In this document: in pieces, positions 24,034-37,642 of the stretch
How positions within the stretch are numbered: position 1 is the stretch's first letter
Layout of the letters: the number at the start of each line of letters is the position of its first letter
Assembly (NCBI GenBank): GCA_013239625.1
Contig: MU053520.1
Location: 959,103 to 1,023,102, forward strand
Reading direction: 5' to 3'
Source of the DNA: Lama guanicoe
Taxonomy: Eukaryota
DNA: 64,000 nucleotides
Notes under the pieces: model-generated
Databases searched by the model: none
Told to the model about the DNA's origin: nothing
The model's input: the letters and a program-made list of their open reading frames with translations, nothing else
Translations under genes and position numbers: made by a program

Positions 24034-26119
24034 ACAACACACACTTTGTTTTAATCACTTCATCCTCAGCATCTTGCAGACTTCCCAGCATGCAGGAGGG
24101 CCTAGTAAATGCTTGAATGAATGATATAACAGAGTGAGTGAATTTGCAAATAAAAATATTAAGACTACTGTAGTAACAGTGTGGTTTCATGGAAAGACCA
24201 TGAGCTTCAGAGTCAGACAACTTCATCACTTGGGGCCTGAACAAGTCATTTAACTTCTAAACTGAAAGCACAAACGCATTGGTGACTCTACTTTTATACG
24301 TTTAACCCAAACCGCTTCTCTGAACTACAGCACTTTGCAAATCACTCTTTGGCTGGGTGAACACTCAGTTCATCTTGTTAAGTTCCAATATTTATTTTTT
24401 AAAAATCAGCTATTCCTTCAATCATGCTTTATACAACAGATGGCAAAATATATTTGATTCATATCTGAATAATATCATGACCAGCTAGCAATAAAGAAGA
24501 TAGATTTAAGTAATGCCTTTGTTTTCTTCCTGAGGAGTTTTTCAAAGATGGAAGCGAGTGGAAGTTTTTGTTGCTACCATTGCTTTTGAAGCTTATCTGT
24601 TTGTTTGTTTTTAAATTCCCCTTTGTGTTCAGGCTTCAGAGCTGGAAAATAAATCTGACACCAGCTTTATTCTGTTGTATAAATAGTGAGCTTGAGAAAT
24701 GAAATCTCTTTATACTTTTACCATAGATTTACTTAAAACAAGGGTAAGAAGGATAAGAATTTATGTCCCTATGTCTTAGGGTACTATTTTGAGAGATGTT
24801 GGGATATTTCAATTAATATGATTTGAAGAACGCTCCCTGATCATTTGACTCACCAGTGGTGGACCACCATCCTGTCTCACCAAACAGAAGTCCTTTAGAT
24901 CACTTTCCTGGCCTGATGGCTTCCTGGGCAGGCCAGTGTTCCCTCTCATGCAGCTATACAAAATTCTCACGCTTTTTTCAGTGGCCTCCAAAGACCCAGA
25001 GTCTTGAATTGGAAGGGATTTTTCCCACATCCTCTTTCTCTTCTTGTATTATTTCACCAAGCTTCCCCCATTCAGAAACCTTAAGTCAAAACTAGTCGTG
25101 AGTGTGCCAGTAAGCCCCTTAGTGCAGAGTCCGCACATCAAAACATTTCATGTTTATGATCCATGTCTCTCTCTCTCTCTCTTTCTCTCTCCATAGACTA
25201 TAAGTTTCAGGAGTGCACAAATTTGTCTTTTCAAAACCTTTTTCCTTGATGTATCCATTCTATCTAGAACAGTGAATGCAGACTGAATGAGTGAATCATT
25301 TCCCATATATAACATGTGGGATCCATGCAAAGTTAATACCTATCATTTTGCTCATGCTGAATATGCGACAAATCCAAGAAATGCCCTTGACTTGAAGATC
25401 TGAAAAACCTTGCTATGGTCATGTGTGTGGGTACTGAATGATACACAATGCCAAAGCCTTGCAAGAGAAAAAATAAAGAAAACTAGAAAGGATAATGATC
25501 ACCATGGGCTTACACAAAATATCTTGTAGTTACAGTATCCTACTTTAAACCGATAGCAGTTTAATTCCACTTGCATAGAAAACTCTGCACTTTTCCTTCT
25601 CCCCTCTCATTATACCACAGTTTATATCTAATTATTTTCCATATTCATGAAAAATAACTATAAATTTTAGTTATAGCTATTTTTAATACTTGTATCTTTT
25701 AACTTTGATACTATAATTAAAAGTTATATAACTAGTACCATTATAGTAGCATCCTATTCTGTATTTGTCCATATATTTACCTTGATCAGTGAGCTTTATG
25801 TTTTCTTATGCTGTCACAGCAGGAGATCATGGCTCTGGGCTGCTGAAGTTTGACCATAACACTAGTGAGCAAACACAGCACTGCTACATTTTTCTCACAA
25901 TAGGAAATAGGAAAGTAGCCAGAAAGGTGTATTTGATAATGAAAAGCACAAAAATACAGTTCCAGGAACATGAATGGAGAGAGATGGGGTACTTAGACAT
26001 GCACTGATGACATAATTACAACAATGTAACAACCTCTCTTCTCCCCATTAGTCTAAATTCTCACCAATGAATCACTATACATCACATGGCCAGATGAATT
26101 TTATAGTACATTTTCCTAT

Positions 26120-26222
26120 TCTTTTTTTTTAATTGAGGTATACTTGATGTACAATATTATATATTTCTGGTGTCCCACACTGTGATTCACAATTTTAAAG
26201 GTTACCATTTACAGTTATTACA
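26120..26222 (-). mobile_element. very short L1 3' tail
   Basis: T run + AATTGAGGTATACTTGATGTACAATATTATA. Confidence 0.6.
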
Positions 26223-27412
26223 TTGAAAAACAAAATTATTTATATAGACAAGAACCCACAGAAATATTTGTTCAAGGTCAGCACATCCTGGATGGTCCCT
26301 GCCTATATTAGTTACAAATTATAATCATAGTGTACAAATAATTGTGTCTCCTGCTATACCATAAATATTAATTTTGCCATGCAGAGACTTCATAACATTT
26401 TTTTAATGATGGCTTCATACTAGTACAGGAAGTGGATATATCACAATTTGTGTACTAATCCTCGTAATATTCAGCATTTTATTTGGTCTGTGCACTCATT
26501 TTTTGTTTGACCTTTTCATTTTTCTCTCATTAGTTTGTTTGGCTGTGCCTTGAAAGTTGTTTTCTTCCCCTCATTTATCTTTTGATTTTTTTCTACTCTT
26601 GTCTTAATTCCTTGTGTAAATTTTGCTCCTTCATTAATGACTTGGTTATTTATAGTTAGTATTTTGTTTCAGTCTTTGTCTATACATACTTAAATTTATC
26701 TTCTCATCATAAACTGACAGACCGATCCTGCTCTGGCTTCCAGAAGGAAAGCAATCCTTCTCTCCTATAAGATATCCATTGGCTTTTTCTTTCTTTTTTA
26801 TTTTTTTTCCTGGTTTTAATACCAGTTAGCACTAGCTCTCCCTCTGCCACATTTTGAACTTTTGAGAAATGAATTTTGGTTATCACTATAGTGCAATCTG
26901 TATTTTATTCTATGCTGAACTTGTAATTTCTTGCCCTCAACTCACTCAGAGTCAGAAAGCCCTTCTAAGCCTTGACTACAGGAAATTCTTACTCATTTTT
27001 AAAACTTATGCTTAGATATCACTTCTATGAGGTTTTTCTTGCCCTTACTCTCCCGACTCTCAGGCAAAATTGTTTCCTCCAATGCCTATGGTTTATAAAG
27101 ATCTATTTTACTGTGTGGGTCTCCCTCAAGCTCTAGTTGGAGCTTTGAGTGTAGCAGGCTGGTTCTGCTGGCTGTTGTATCTCTCACACTCAGCACAACT
27201 CATGGTGCTTCATAGCTGATCAATGGATGCCTCGCTGTATAACTGTTTATCATAAGAAACACAAAAATTCAAATCTATTTTCCATCCCAATTACTTTCTG
27301 TTTCATTTTGTTTAATATTTTTATTTTAACTCTAAAATATTTTAATTAGGCACAAAGGTACAGAAAACAATGCCACAATCATTCATGCATCTACCTCTGA
27401 AATTAAAGAGAT

Positions 27413-27535
27413 TTTTTTTAGTGTGGAAGAAAGTAATTAGGTTTACTTATTTATTTTTGGAAGAGGTACTGGGGATTGAACCCAGGACCTTGTGTATGCT
27501 AAGCCAGCACTCTACCACCAGAGCTATACCTCCCC
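27413..27535 (-). mobile_element. tRNA-derived SINE, Vic-1-like, with 16-bp TSD
   Basis: Same body as the 23891 copy. TSD CTGAAATTAAAGAGAT (27397-27412) / CTGAGATTAAAGAGAT (27536-27551). Confidence 0.9.
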
Positions 27536-27944
27536 CTGAGATTAAAGAGATCTTAATAGTTTCCACTATTTGCTTTTCACATCTTCCTATTTTAAAATAA
27601 ACAAAACATTACAAATATCACTAAAGCCTCAATATCCCTCAGGTCTCCTCTCCTCCTTCCCCCCCTTTCCAGGGCTAGTGCCCTGCAGTTGGTGTATATC
27701 ATTCTCATGCAGGCTTTTTAACATTTAAATATAGATATTGCTGTGTTGTGTGTTTAAAAAGAAATCTCAAAATTATATTGAGAAGAAAAAATGTGATAAT
27801 TTTTTACCACTACCTTCCATTATTAGACCTGCATTTTAGGATGCATGAACAAGAAAATCAAACAAATGAATAAATAAGCTTCCACATCTATAATCTTAAT
27901 GGCTGTATTCAACTCCTGATATCATACTTTTTTAATTTATGTAT

Positions 27945-28007
27945 TTTGTGCATTAAGCCAGAGTTATCCAGAAAAACAGAAGCAGTAGGGAGGGTGTGTG
28001 TGTGTGT

Positions 28008-28047
<40 letters not shown>

Positions 28048-28428
28048 AGGAATTGGCTCACTGTTTATGGAAGCTGGCAAGTCCAAAATCCACAGAATGG
28101 GCCAGCAGGCTGAAGACCCAGGAAAGCTGATGTTCCAGTCTGTTTCTGAAGGTTGTCTGCTGTAGAACCAAGAACAGATGTTGCAAACCAAATCTGAAGG
28201 CAGTCGGCAGGAGAATTCTCTTTTCCTTGGGGAAAGTCAATTTTTTTGTTCTATTGAAGCCTTCAACTGATTGGATGAGGCCCACCCACATTCTGCGGTA
28301 GGGCATAGACTTTACTAAACCTACACAAATGTAAATGTTAATCTCACCTAAAATCACTCACAGTAATGTTTGAGCCATATCTAGGTACCCCATGGCCCAG
28401 CCAAGTTGACCCACAAATGAACCATCAG
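27945..28428 (-). mobile_element. MLT2B/C-like ERVL LTR containing (TG)n(TA)n at ~27994-28043
   Basis: CCAGAAAAACAGAAGCAGTAGG, AAGGAATTGGCTCAC, CCTTCAACTGATTGGATGAGGCCCACCCACATT, GGCCCAGCCAAGTTGAC. Confidence 0.85.
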
Positions 28429-29004
28429 ATTTCTCGGAATCTATTTTCCTGGTTTCAGGTAAGTCTTTGAACACCACCCGTCTTGTGTTCAGGAGAGACA
28501 TGCTGTGACTGAAACATATTTCTTATCACATGTAAGATAGTCATAGCATCATATCTCGTCATGACCCTCACTGAATTGTAGTCGTGATCCCTCCCTCTCC
28601 TCAGTCTCATGCCTTTCCATGTATGTTATGAGTTATGAACAAGTCCATCCCAATATGTCTTTCTTCATTTAACTAATAGGAATGATTAAAACCCAATCTT
28701 TTTATATGAAATAATTACCTTTCCTCAAATTGGTCTTTGTTTCTCATGTGAATGTTCCTCCTGGTTCTTTTTGGCCAAAGCTCCTTAAGCTAAAGCCCTC
28801 GCCTGCTACAGCCTTGAACCCTCTGCCATTCATTCCTAATTAAAGTTATGTTTAACCCATTTTGTGAGATTTTAATTAATCCTTCAAGCCTTCCTTCAAG
28901 CAAACATTCATACCTGAAGTATTAATTTACTTGTGTTTATAAGATTTTAATTAGATCTCCAAGGCTGCTTCTTTTGAGCTTTCTCTTTGACTTCTTGTTC
29001 TGCT

Positions 29005-29420
29005 GCCATTTTTCTTAGATTCTAAGATGCCCTCAACTGTAAGATGCACTGTAAAAAGAAAAATAAAAAACTTTTTTATGTGGGAGATGGACGGGATTGA
29101 ATTAAATGTCTATATTTCCTTTTAAAAATAAATACACTGCCAAAATAATGTATTTATCCTTATAATTGCATAGCACTTTCATTTTTAATATGACAATTAA
29201 AATTTTAATAAAAAAATCTTTTCTTTAGACAGAATCCAAAAAGTCTTTTCAGTTTCTTTTAGTCACTGACAGTTAGGAATATCATCAGAGTAATGATGAT
29301 ATTATGTCAGTTTGGAAACTTCTCTGCTCTGATCTTTTGTATGTATTCTGTTCATGTTTGAGTTAGGTATGCATGTGACAAAATGTGCAATAAAGAAATG
29401 TTACTTCCTATGCTCTGAAA
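29005..29420. mobile_element. possible MER104/Kanga-like (Tc2) fragment
   Basis: TTTTCTTAGATTCTAAGATGCCCTCAACTGTAAGATGCAC resembles the recalled terminal motif; the extent is uncertain. Confidence 0.35.
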
Positions 29421-30429
29421 TCATTTCATCACAAAAACAATTTCTTGCAGATTTCATGGAAAAACACCAATAACAGTTTGTAGGGTGATGTCTAGTAGTA
29501 GAACTTTACAGTTTTGTTTTCTGGTTATTTATTAATCATATGTCTAGTGTTTTTGTTCAATTGTTTTCCTTAAAATGGGTCATTTAATCTAGTTGTCTAG
29601 ATTTGTTGATGCAAATTCATATAAGTAGTGTCTTATAGTCTTGTTGCCAGGTCAGCGTTTCATTTTATTTTTCAAGTGTATTTTCACTTTTTTGCCTACA
29701 ATATTATGTTTTTTCCCCTTTATCAATTCATTCCTTCTACTCTTTTTCATATTCTCTCTTTACCTTATTTCGTTGTATACTTAACTTATTTATTTTAAGC
29801 TAATTTTTTTGTTTGCTAATGTGGTGGGAGAAATTTGCAATATTTTTTATATGTGCATGCACTTACGTGTTTGTGCACACACACATATACACTTCATTCA
29901 TCAGAATGGGACTGCTCAATTTAAAACCTAAATCAAGGCTGATACACATCCATGGAAATAACAAGAACAAATATTACAAAACTAATGAAGTTTGCTATTA
30001 TTTAAACTTGATCTAATTTAAGTAGATAAGAAATCAGAGACACCACAACATAACAATGAGGTTCCACAGACTCTTAAGTTCTTAGTAGGTTTCACCTAAT
30101 AAACAAAATACTATTTTCTCCGAATGGATGCTACCTAAAAAATTTTGCATATTAATTGGAGCCCATCCTCATCTTCATCCACCTCCAAAATGGGTTCAAC
30201 TGGGGGTAAAAGCATCACTGTTCATCCCACAAAAGCTGGACACCCTTCTAGGCTACAAGACTTCACCATGTGGAGTGAAGAATGGCACACATACAACCAC
30301 TTCATCTTAAAGGAATAAAGTTTTCCTACAGGAGACACATGGACTTTGGCAATGAAATAAATTAGAGAAAGACAAAAGTTCTGTGATCTCACTTATATGT
30401 GAAATCTAAAATTAAAACTACAATTACAC

Positions 30430-30665
30430 AAAACTGAATTTTACCAACATCCCGAATGAGCTTGGAAGCAGATTCTTTCCAGAGTCTTTAGATATGAATC
30501 CAGGAAGCCAACCCTTTAATTTCAGCTTTGTGAAACTCAGAGCAGAGAAATCAGTCAAGCCTACTGGACTTCTCACCTACAGAACTATGAGAAAGTAAAT
30601 GTATGTTGCTCAGAGCAGCTAAGTTTATGGTAATTTGTTACAGCAGCAATAGAGAATTAACATAG
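30430..30665 (+). mobile_element. MLT1D-like LTR 3' half
   Basis: GAATGAGCTTGGAAGCAGATTCT...CCTACAGAACTATGAGA...TAAGTTTATGGTAATTTGTTACAGCAGCAATAG. Confidence 0.8.
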
Positions 30666-30694
30666 ACACTAACATTTTTTTTGAAAATTTACTT

Positions 30695-30850
30695 ATGCAG
30701 CAAGTACTTTCTGTGTATTATCTCATTTAATACAAACAACCTTCTGAAGTAACAGCTAGCTTTATTCCAATTCTGCAAAAGAAGTTAATTAGCTTAACTA
30801 CTGTTGCACAGCTAGTAAGTGGCAAAGCCAGGATTCAAACCCAGGAAGCA
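30695..30850 (-). mobile_element. MIR fragment
   Basis: TTATCTCATTTAAT...CACAGCTAGTAAGTGGCAAAGCCAGGATTCAAACCCAGG. Confidence 0.8.
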
Positions 30851-30870
30851 CAACTGTAAGATGCGTCTTT

Positions 30871-32224
30871 TGGAATAAAGACAGTCTCTTCAGCAAATAG
30901 TGTTGGGAAAACTGGACAGCAGCATGTAAAGCAATGAAGCTAGAACTCTCCCTTACACCATACACAAAAATTAACTCAAAACGAATCAAAGACTTAAACA
31001 TAAGACAAGATGCAATAAACCTCCTAGAAGAAAATATAGGCAAAACATTATCTGACATACATCTAAAAATGTTCTCCTAGAACAGTCTACCCAAGCAATA
31101 GAAATAAAAGCAAGAATAAACAAATGGGACCTAATTAAACTTTTAATCTTCTGCACAGCAAAGGAAACCATAAGTAAAACAAAAAGACAACCTATGGAAT
31201 GGGAGAAAATTTTTGCAAATGAAACTGACAAAGGCTTGATCTCCAGAATATATAAGCAGCTCATACGACTTAATAAGAAACAACCAAACAACCCAATCCA
31301 AAGATGGGCAAAAGACCTAAACAAACAATTCTCCAAGGAAGAAATATAAATGATCAATAAGCACATGAAAAAAATGCTCAATATCACTAATTATCAGAGA
31401 AATGCAAATCAAAACTACAATGAGGTATCACCTCACACCAGTCAGAATGGCCATCATTCAAAAGTCCACAAATGACAAAGGCTGGAGAGGCTGTGGAGAA
31501 AAGGGAACCCTCCTACACTGCTGATGGGAATGCAGTTTGGTGCAGCCACTGTGGAAAACAGTATGGATTCCTCAAAAGACTAGGAATAGACTTACCGTAT
31601 GACCCAGGAATCCCACTCCTGGGCATATATCCAGAAGGAACCCTACTTCAGGATGACACCTGCACCCCAATGTTCATAGCAGCACTATTTACAATAGCCA
31701 AGACATGGAAACAGCCTAAATGTCCATCAACAGATGACTGGATAAAGAAGAAGTGGTATATTTATACAATGGAATACTATTCAGCCATAAAAACTGACAA
31801 CATATTGCCATTTGCAGCAAGATGGACGTTGCTGGAGAATGTCATTCTAAGTGAAGTAAGCCAGAAAGAGAAAGAAAAATATCATATGAGATCACTTCTA
31901 TGTGGAATCTAAAAAAACCCAAAACATAAATACAAAACAGAAACAGACTCATAGACAGAATACAAACTTGTGGTTGCAAAGAGAGTGGGGGGTGGGAAGG
32001 GACAGACTGGGATTTCAAAATTAGAATAGATAAACAAGATTATATTGTATAGCACAGGGAAACATATACAAGATCTTGTGGTAGCTCACAGCAAAAAAAA
32101 AAGCGACAATGAATATGTATATGTTCATGTATAACTGAAAAATTGTGCTGTTCACTGGACTTTGGCACAACATTGTAAAATGACTGTAACTCAATAAAAA
32201 CAATGTTAAAAATTAAATTAAATT
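30871..32224 (+). mobile_element. young 5'-truncated L1: disrupted ORF2 C-terminus, 3' UTR and A-rich tail
   Basis: Translation includes [58 protein letters not shown]. It carries an in-frame stop and frameshifts, then AATAAA and an (AAATT)n tail. Confidence 0.95.
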
Positions 32225-33109
32225 AAATTAAAACAACCAACCAAAAAATGACAACAACAAAAAAATAAAACAGAACTCATAGAAATAGAGTGTAGAATGG
32301 TAGTTTCCAGGGACTGAGGTGGGAAAAATAAGGAGATATTAGTCAAAGAGTACAAACTTTCAGCTACAAGATAAATACGTTGTGAGCATCTAAGTTAAAG
32401 CATGTTGACTATAGTTAATAATACCATTCTTGAAAGATACTAAAGGAGTAGTTTTAAGAGCTTACTACACACTCACAAAAACTATATAAGGTGATGTTAA
32501 TTGACCTTATTGTGGGAATCATTTCATAATAGATACGTGTATCAAATCATCATGTTGTACATCTTAAATTTACACAATGTATATGTTAATTATATCTCAG
32601 AAAAGCTAAGGGAAACAATATCAACTAAAAAAAGCTAGATGTAAAAAAGAGAGCACCTTGGGTTTCACCTTCAAGTGTTAGGTTAGGGGTGAAATGTACT
32701 GAAAGGATACATACTCCCAGTCTCTAGGTGCTTTTCTGTTGTGATTCAAGGAAAATAACCCTAGTTACATATTTTTTTCATCCTCAGACAGTACTTCCAG
32801 AAATACATGTGTGTGTTAATATTGGTACCATGGGGCTTAATAAAAGTTTCTTAAAGACAATGATACTGAGGCTGAATCTTGAAAAAGTAGTGAGTTTTAC
32901 TGATGTGGATGAGGAAGAAAAGGCCTAGGAAGAGGAAAGGTGCAAACAAAGGTGCTTTCATCTACTCTGAATACAAACTCGACTTGGAGACAGCAGATGG
33001 AGCCAGAAATAACAGCTTTATTCTGATGGGAGTGATGTAGGTGAGGTGTGTGACCATGAAACACCTTCTGGTGCTCTCATGGGGCAGACAGCTTCTGACG
33101 TGGCTCCCA

Positions 33110-33625
33110 GTGGTGCTGGCGTACATCCCGTGTGCTCCTGGTATTCTTGCCCTTGTGTATTTCCCTGCTTTGAGGGTAGCCTGGACAAGTGGCCTGCCTC
33201 TAATACATGGAGTCCAGCAACAATCAGATGTCACTTCTTCAACTGAGTTGTAGGGAAGCTCTGACTCGCATATGCTTTTATTCTCCCCTTTTCTTCCTGG
33301 CTCTTCTCTGCTTGCTCTCTCTGTTGGAAGAAGCTGCCTTGTTGAGAGCTGTCCTATGGAGAGACACACATGGGAAGGACTTGAGAGCAACTTCTGCCCA
33401 ACAGCCAGCAATGGCATGATTAAGCTGGGGAAGGAATCCTTCCCCAATCAGCCTGGAGATGACACTAGCCCTGGCTAATACATTAATTTCAACCCCTGAG
33501 AGAGAGAGTGAAGCAGAGGATAAGCCAGACCTGGATTACTGAGCTCCACAAAACTGTGAGATGGTAAATGTTGTTTCATCGCTAAGCTATAGGCTAGTTT
33601 ATTAGGCAGGAATCCACAGCTAATG
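33110..33625 (+). mobile_element. MaLR LTR (MLT1F/G-like)
   Basis: CTTCTGCCCAACAGCCAGCAA...CCTGGAGATGAC..AGCCCTGGCTAATAC...CCACAAAACTGTGAGAT. Confidence 0.7.
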
Positions 33626-34866
33626 AAATTCTAGAGAGCACAGTCTCACCCTGAAAATAAAGTTTATGTACAAGGCGAGAATCCCTATTACCAAGGTGAG
33701 ACCGGGTCTGTTGGGGAAACAAAACAAAACAAAACAAAACAACTTAGAAAAAACAAACAAAAACAGAACACGTCAAGCCAGGTTCCTATTTCCCAAATTC
33801 ACCATTAGGTAAATATTGCCTTCTCCTCCAGTTAATCTTATTCAAGGAGTAGAATTGCCCAAACATGACCCTATGTTGCTTGGACAAGAGGCCAGCTAGA
33901 ATTTGGGAGCTCACCTTTCTCTCAGCTAAAAGGGAAACCTCCAAGTTTAAATTTCTATGAGATCGAGACCATTCTCTTCATGGTCTAAGAGACTGCAACA
34001 CCCCACCGACCTCAAGTTCTAGGTGCGGGGTAGCTGGCTTGTCTACACAATATTGTAAACATCAAGCACTACAAATCTAGCATGCATACTGCTCAGTAAT
34101 GTGTGCATTTTTCCACTGACAATGCCATTATTGCTTTCTTGTCCTATGAGAAAAGGGATTCCTGGGGTTGGGGGCATGGTTCCCCTGAAGCAGGACTCAT
34201 TCAGGGTTTAGTAGATGCCCAGGCTGACAGGCTTCTTACTGGGATAATGAGAACTTCACACAAAACTCTGTCTTTTTGTCCCTGGCTTATGAGCTGTCCT
34301 TTTTCCTAATAGAGTCTATTCCACAATTTATGCTGTGTTAAGTTACAGAATTCTTCCAACCAATTGGATAACTCCCTCCTCACCCTCAGAAAGACAGAGA
34401 GGAGTAAGAGACGAAGATATGTCAGAAGTGCTCCTTCTGTATTTTTCCACCTATTAGAGTGGAAGTGTGAGGAGAGACAATGAAGTACCCCTTCCCCATC
34501 TCCCACACACATGCATGTGCGCATGAACACTGTATTTCCACCTACACACGTCAATGGAAAGTAGGGAAATATGAAAAATAGGACAGATTTGGGAGATGCA
34601 GGTGGGTCTGCAGGATAAGATGAAAGGTTAAGTTCAAGGATGTGGTGTGGTAGAGTGCCAAAAGGCCACATTAATAGGGCCAACCTGTTGCAAAATTCCA
34701 CTCCTGGGATGTTGCCCAGTCCAGTAGGAGTGGTGCCCCTCAAGCTGTACAATGCGGTGGCCTTACTGAACCCTTCAATGATATCAGTCACTCATACCTC
34801 CTTCTCTTTTGACCTGTCTTATTTTAGGGGTGGCAGTTTATAGGCACAACTGAAACACAAACAAAC

Positions 34867-34894
34867 NNNNNNNNNNNNNNNNNNNNNNNNNNNN
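34867..34894. other. assembly gap (N run)
   Basis: Run of N. Confidence 1.
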
Positions 34895-36715
34895 TCTAAA
34901 TGAGGACCTGCCACCACGGCACTGAGTTGCCTCTCACCTTCCTGTTGTATTTGTGGGCTGCCCAAAATAAGCATCAGGATGATTCATCGCTGCCTCTGGG
35001 AGCTGTCTGGCAGTGCTCTATTCTGGTGTCTGACTGAAGCCACTTATGTCGTGTGTCACTTTCTGAAGTGACTCAGTTTCAAGCAAAGACGAATGCAGTT
35101 GGAGCATTGTGCAGAAATAGTAAATCACCCCTGCAGCTGACGGCCACCTCGGAGCGGCCTAGCCTGTGAGTAATTCAGGGGCTCTCCAGCATTGCCTTCA
35201 TAAACAGATATTGTTCCACTGATTGCTAATTATTCCTGTGGAAGTTAGAACAGGCCCCAGGCCAGGCAAATAACAAGGTTTTATCCAAAGGAGCTAAAAC
35301 TTTGCAAGATGCACAAAATGTCAAGCTGTTCCCGGTGCCAGACTTTTTCATACGGTGATGAACACCGAATGTATAATTAGGAAGTTTGTATTTAAAGCCA
35401 CTATCTATCTAACTCATCTAAGCAGTCATTTTTGGTAATCAATTGACTAAATTATTTAATTTTTCATAAGTCTCTCTTTTATCATGTTGGCTGAATTTAG
35501 CAGTGATATCTTCCTGTGTCCAAATAAATGATAGCCACACAAGGAATTATCATAAGGAGATTTACCAGGAAGAATAATCTCTCTTCGCTTCTCTTATTAC
35601 CTATTCCCAGAAGATGATGCTTCTATAAAAAAAAATTTAATTTATAATAACACAATCAAAGCTTTGCCTGTTTGTTTTTTAACCATTAAAGATCTTTTAA
35701 CCAAAAGCCCTTTTAGAAAAGTGTGCAGTACATGGGGGAGACTCAGAAGGTCTACTGAATAGTTGGCTTCAACAGTCCAGCAGGACCACATGACTTTGAA
35801 CTTTTCAGGGATGCGCATTTAGAGATGAGAAACTTTACCTAATGGTAATAGATAAAGAAGTCATTTCACCTGAAGCTCTCATCGCTCTCACTCCTGGACC
35901 AAGACTATTTCGAGTTCCAGCTTCTTTATTAGATTCAGTGCTCCCAAGAAAATTTGTATTTCAAGTGCTCAACCAATCTCTGAAACGAAGTTGAGAGGAA
36001 TCATCCTTGCAAATATCAACCTAAAAAACTGACTGCATCAGACACCCTTTCTTGCTTGGTTTAGCACAGCCAAGATGTTAATGAATCAGTCCCAGTCAGG
36101 CGAAATGTCTTGAGCATCTTCTTCTCTTGCTTGATGTCTCAAGAGGCTCAGTGGCTAACTGTCTAATTGAAAAGGGGCATGACTAGACATGTGAAGGGAG
36201 AAGAGCTGCCCTGGTAAACCACAGGCAAAAGACTTCAGAGAAATATTCATGTCCATCAGCTACCGTAGGTTACATCCATAATGTCTAAGTTTGCTTCCAT
36301 TGTTGTCATTCCGTCTTCTCCAACATCAAGTCTTCTGTCTTTTCTTCTCCATAGTTGCAGTTTGAATTATGTGCCCCATCCCTCTTCCCTGTAAAGTGGG
36401 GGCTGACAGAAGGGTGGACAAGGCTGGGGCACATTACATAATGGGTCCAGTGGGCTTAAGGGGGTCTGCCTCTTCTTCTTGATTATCAAGTTCAGTTTAA
36501 GACACGTAGCCTTAAAACTGTCAAGTTCAACTGGCAAAACACAAATTCCCTTGCCAGTGCAAAGGACCTGCACAGATCGGAGGAACTGATGTGTGGGACC
36601 GAGATATTTGAAGAGCTTAGGGGCAGAGTGGCTAAGTGAGCAAATGGAGAGTCACGTGAAATGATTCCAGAAGTATGCCAGACACTCCCTGAAGGTTTCT
36701 GTGCGGTAACCTGTT

Positions 36716-37088
36716 TGCTATAGACTGAATGTCTGCGTCCCTCCAAAATTCATATGTTGAAACGCTAATTCCTAGTGTGATAGCATTTAGAAATGGGACT
36801 TTGGCAGGTAATTAGATCATGAGGGTGAAGTTCTCATTATGATTTTACTGCCCTTATAGGAAGGGACACAACAGAGCTTGCTTTCACCCTCTGCTGTCCA
36901 CCACGTGACGGTACAAGGAGAAAACAGGCGTCTGCGAACCAGGACGCCAGCCCTCACCAGTGGATCTGCTGGCATTGGTACCTTGATCTTAGACTTCTCA
37001 AGGTCCAGAACTCTGAGAAACAAATAAATGTTGTTTCAGTCACCCCGTCTAATGTGATTCATTATAGCAGCCTGAATTGACTAAGATA
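36716..37088 (+). mobile_element. near-complete MLT1A-like MaLR LTR
   Basis: TGCTATAGACTGAATGT...CCAAAATTCATATGTTGAAAC...TCCAGAACTCTGAGAAA.AATAAATG...ATAGCAGCCTGAATTGACTAAGA. Confidence 0.88.
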
Positions 37089-37459
37089 CCATTGGAGTCC
37101 ATTGCTTGGTTGGTCTCATTAAAAGGACATGCTAAAAAAGCATTTATCATTACAGATAAATCAGTCTATGGTGTCATATAACTTACATTTTAATCATTCT
37201 TATTTTATGTATCTAATACGGAAAGAGGAAAGCAGTCTTATCTTTATATCAGTCTTTGTTTCTTGTTTGAGTTTTTTTAACTTGGAGCAGTAAAGATGGA
37301 ACAGACTTGCCCTTGAAAACTAAGGCAGAATAATTTTTAAGTAGCATCTCTACTTTTGTACTGTCTAAGAATGAACCATGGCTTCAATATTGTACCCGAA
37401 CGATCACCAGGAAGCTAATGTACTTACTGCATAAAACCTAAACAACCGGACAACCTGTA

Positions 37460-37642
37460 GCAGCACTGTTCAATATAACTTTCTGCAATGTGGGGAACAG
37501 TCTATATCTGCAGTGCTTAATGTACGACTATTAAGCATTTGAAATATGGCTAGTGTAGCTGAGGAAATGAGCTTTAAAGTGTACTTAATTTCAGTGAATT
37601 TAAATTTCAACATCCACTTGCCTAGGATATATTGGACAGTGG
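37460..37642. mobile_element. MER3-like hAT MITE
   Basis: CAGCACTGTTCAATATAACTTTCTGCAATG...ATATTGGACAGTG. Confidence 0.75.

Larger units (their letters stand above)
30335..32615 (+). mobile_element. older L1 (L1MA9-like) 3' end in two halves (~30335-30418 and ~32235-32615)
   Basis: GAGAAAGACAAA...TGATCTCACTTATATGTGAAATCTAAAA | AACTCATAGAAATAGAGTGTAGAATGGTAGTTTCCAGGG...GACTATAGTTAATAATAC are contiguous in recalled L1MA 3' ends. Confidence 0.75.

Noticed and set aside
23960..27535. tRNA genes at the two A/B-box sequences
   Set aside because: They are SINE heads with AT-rich tails, and one has a clear TSD.
32962..34843. 161-aa minus-strand ORFs (32962-33447, 34306-34791)
   Set aside because: The first overlaps an MLT1 LTR; neither shows recognisable domains or exon structure.
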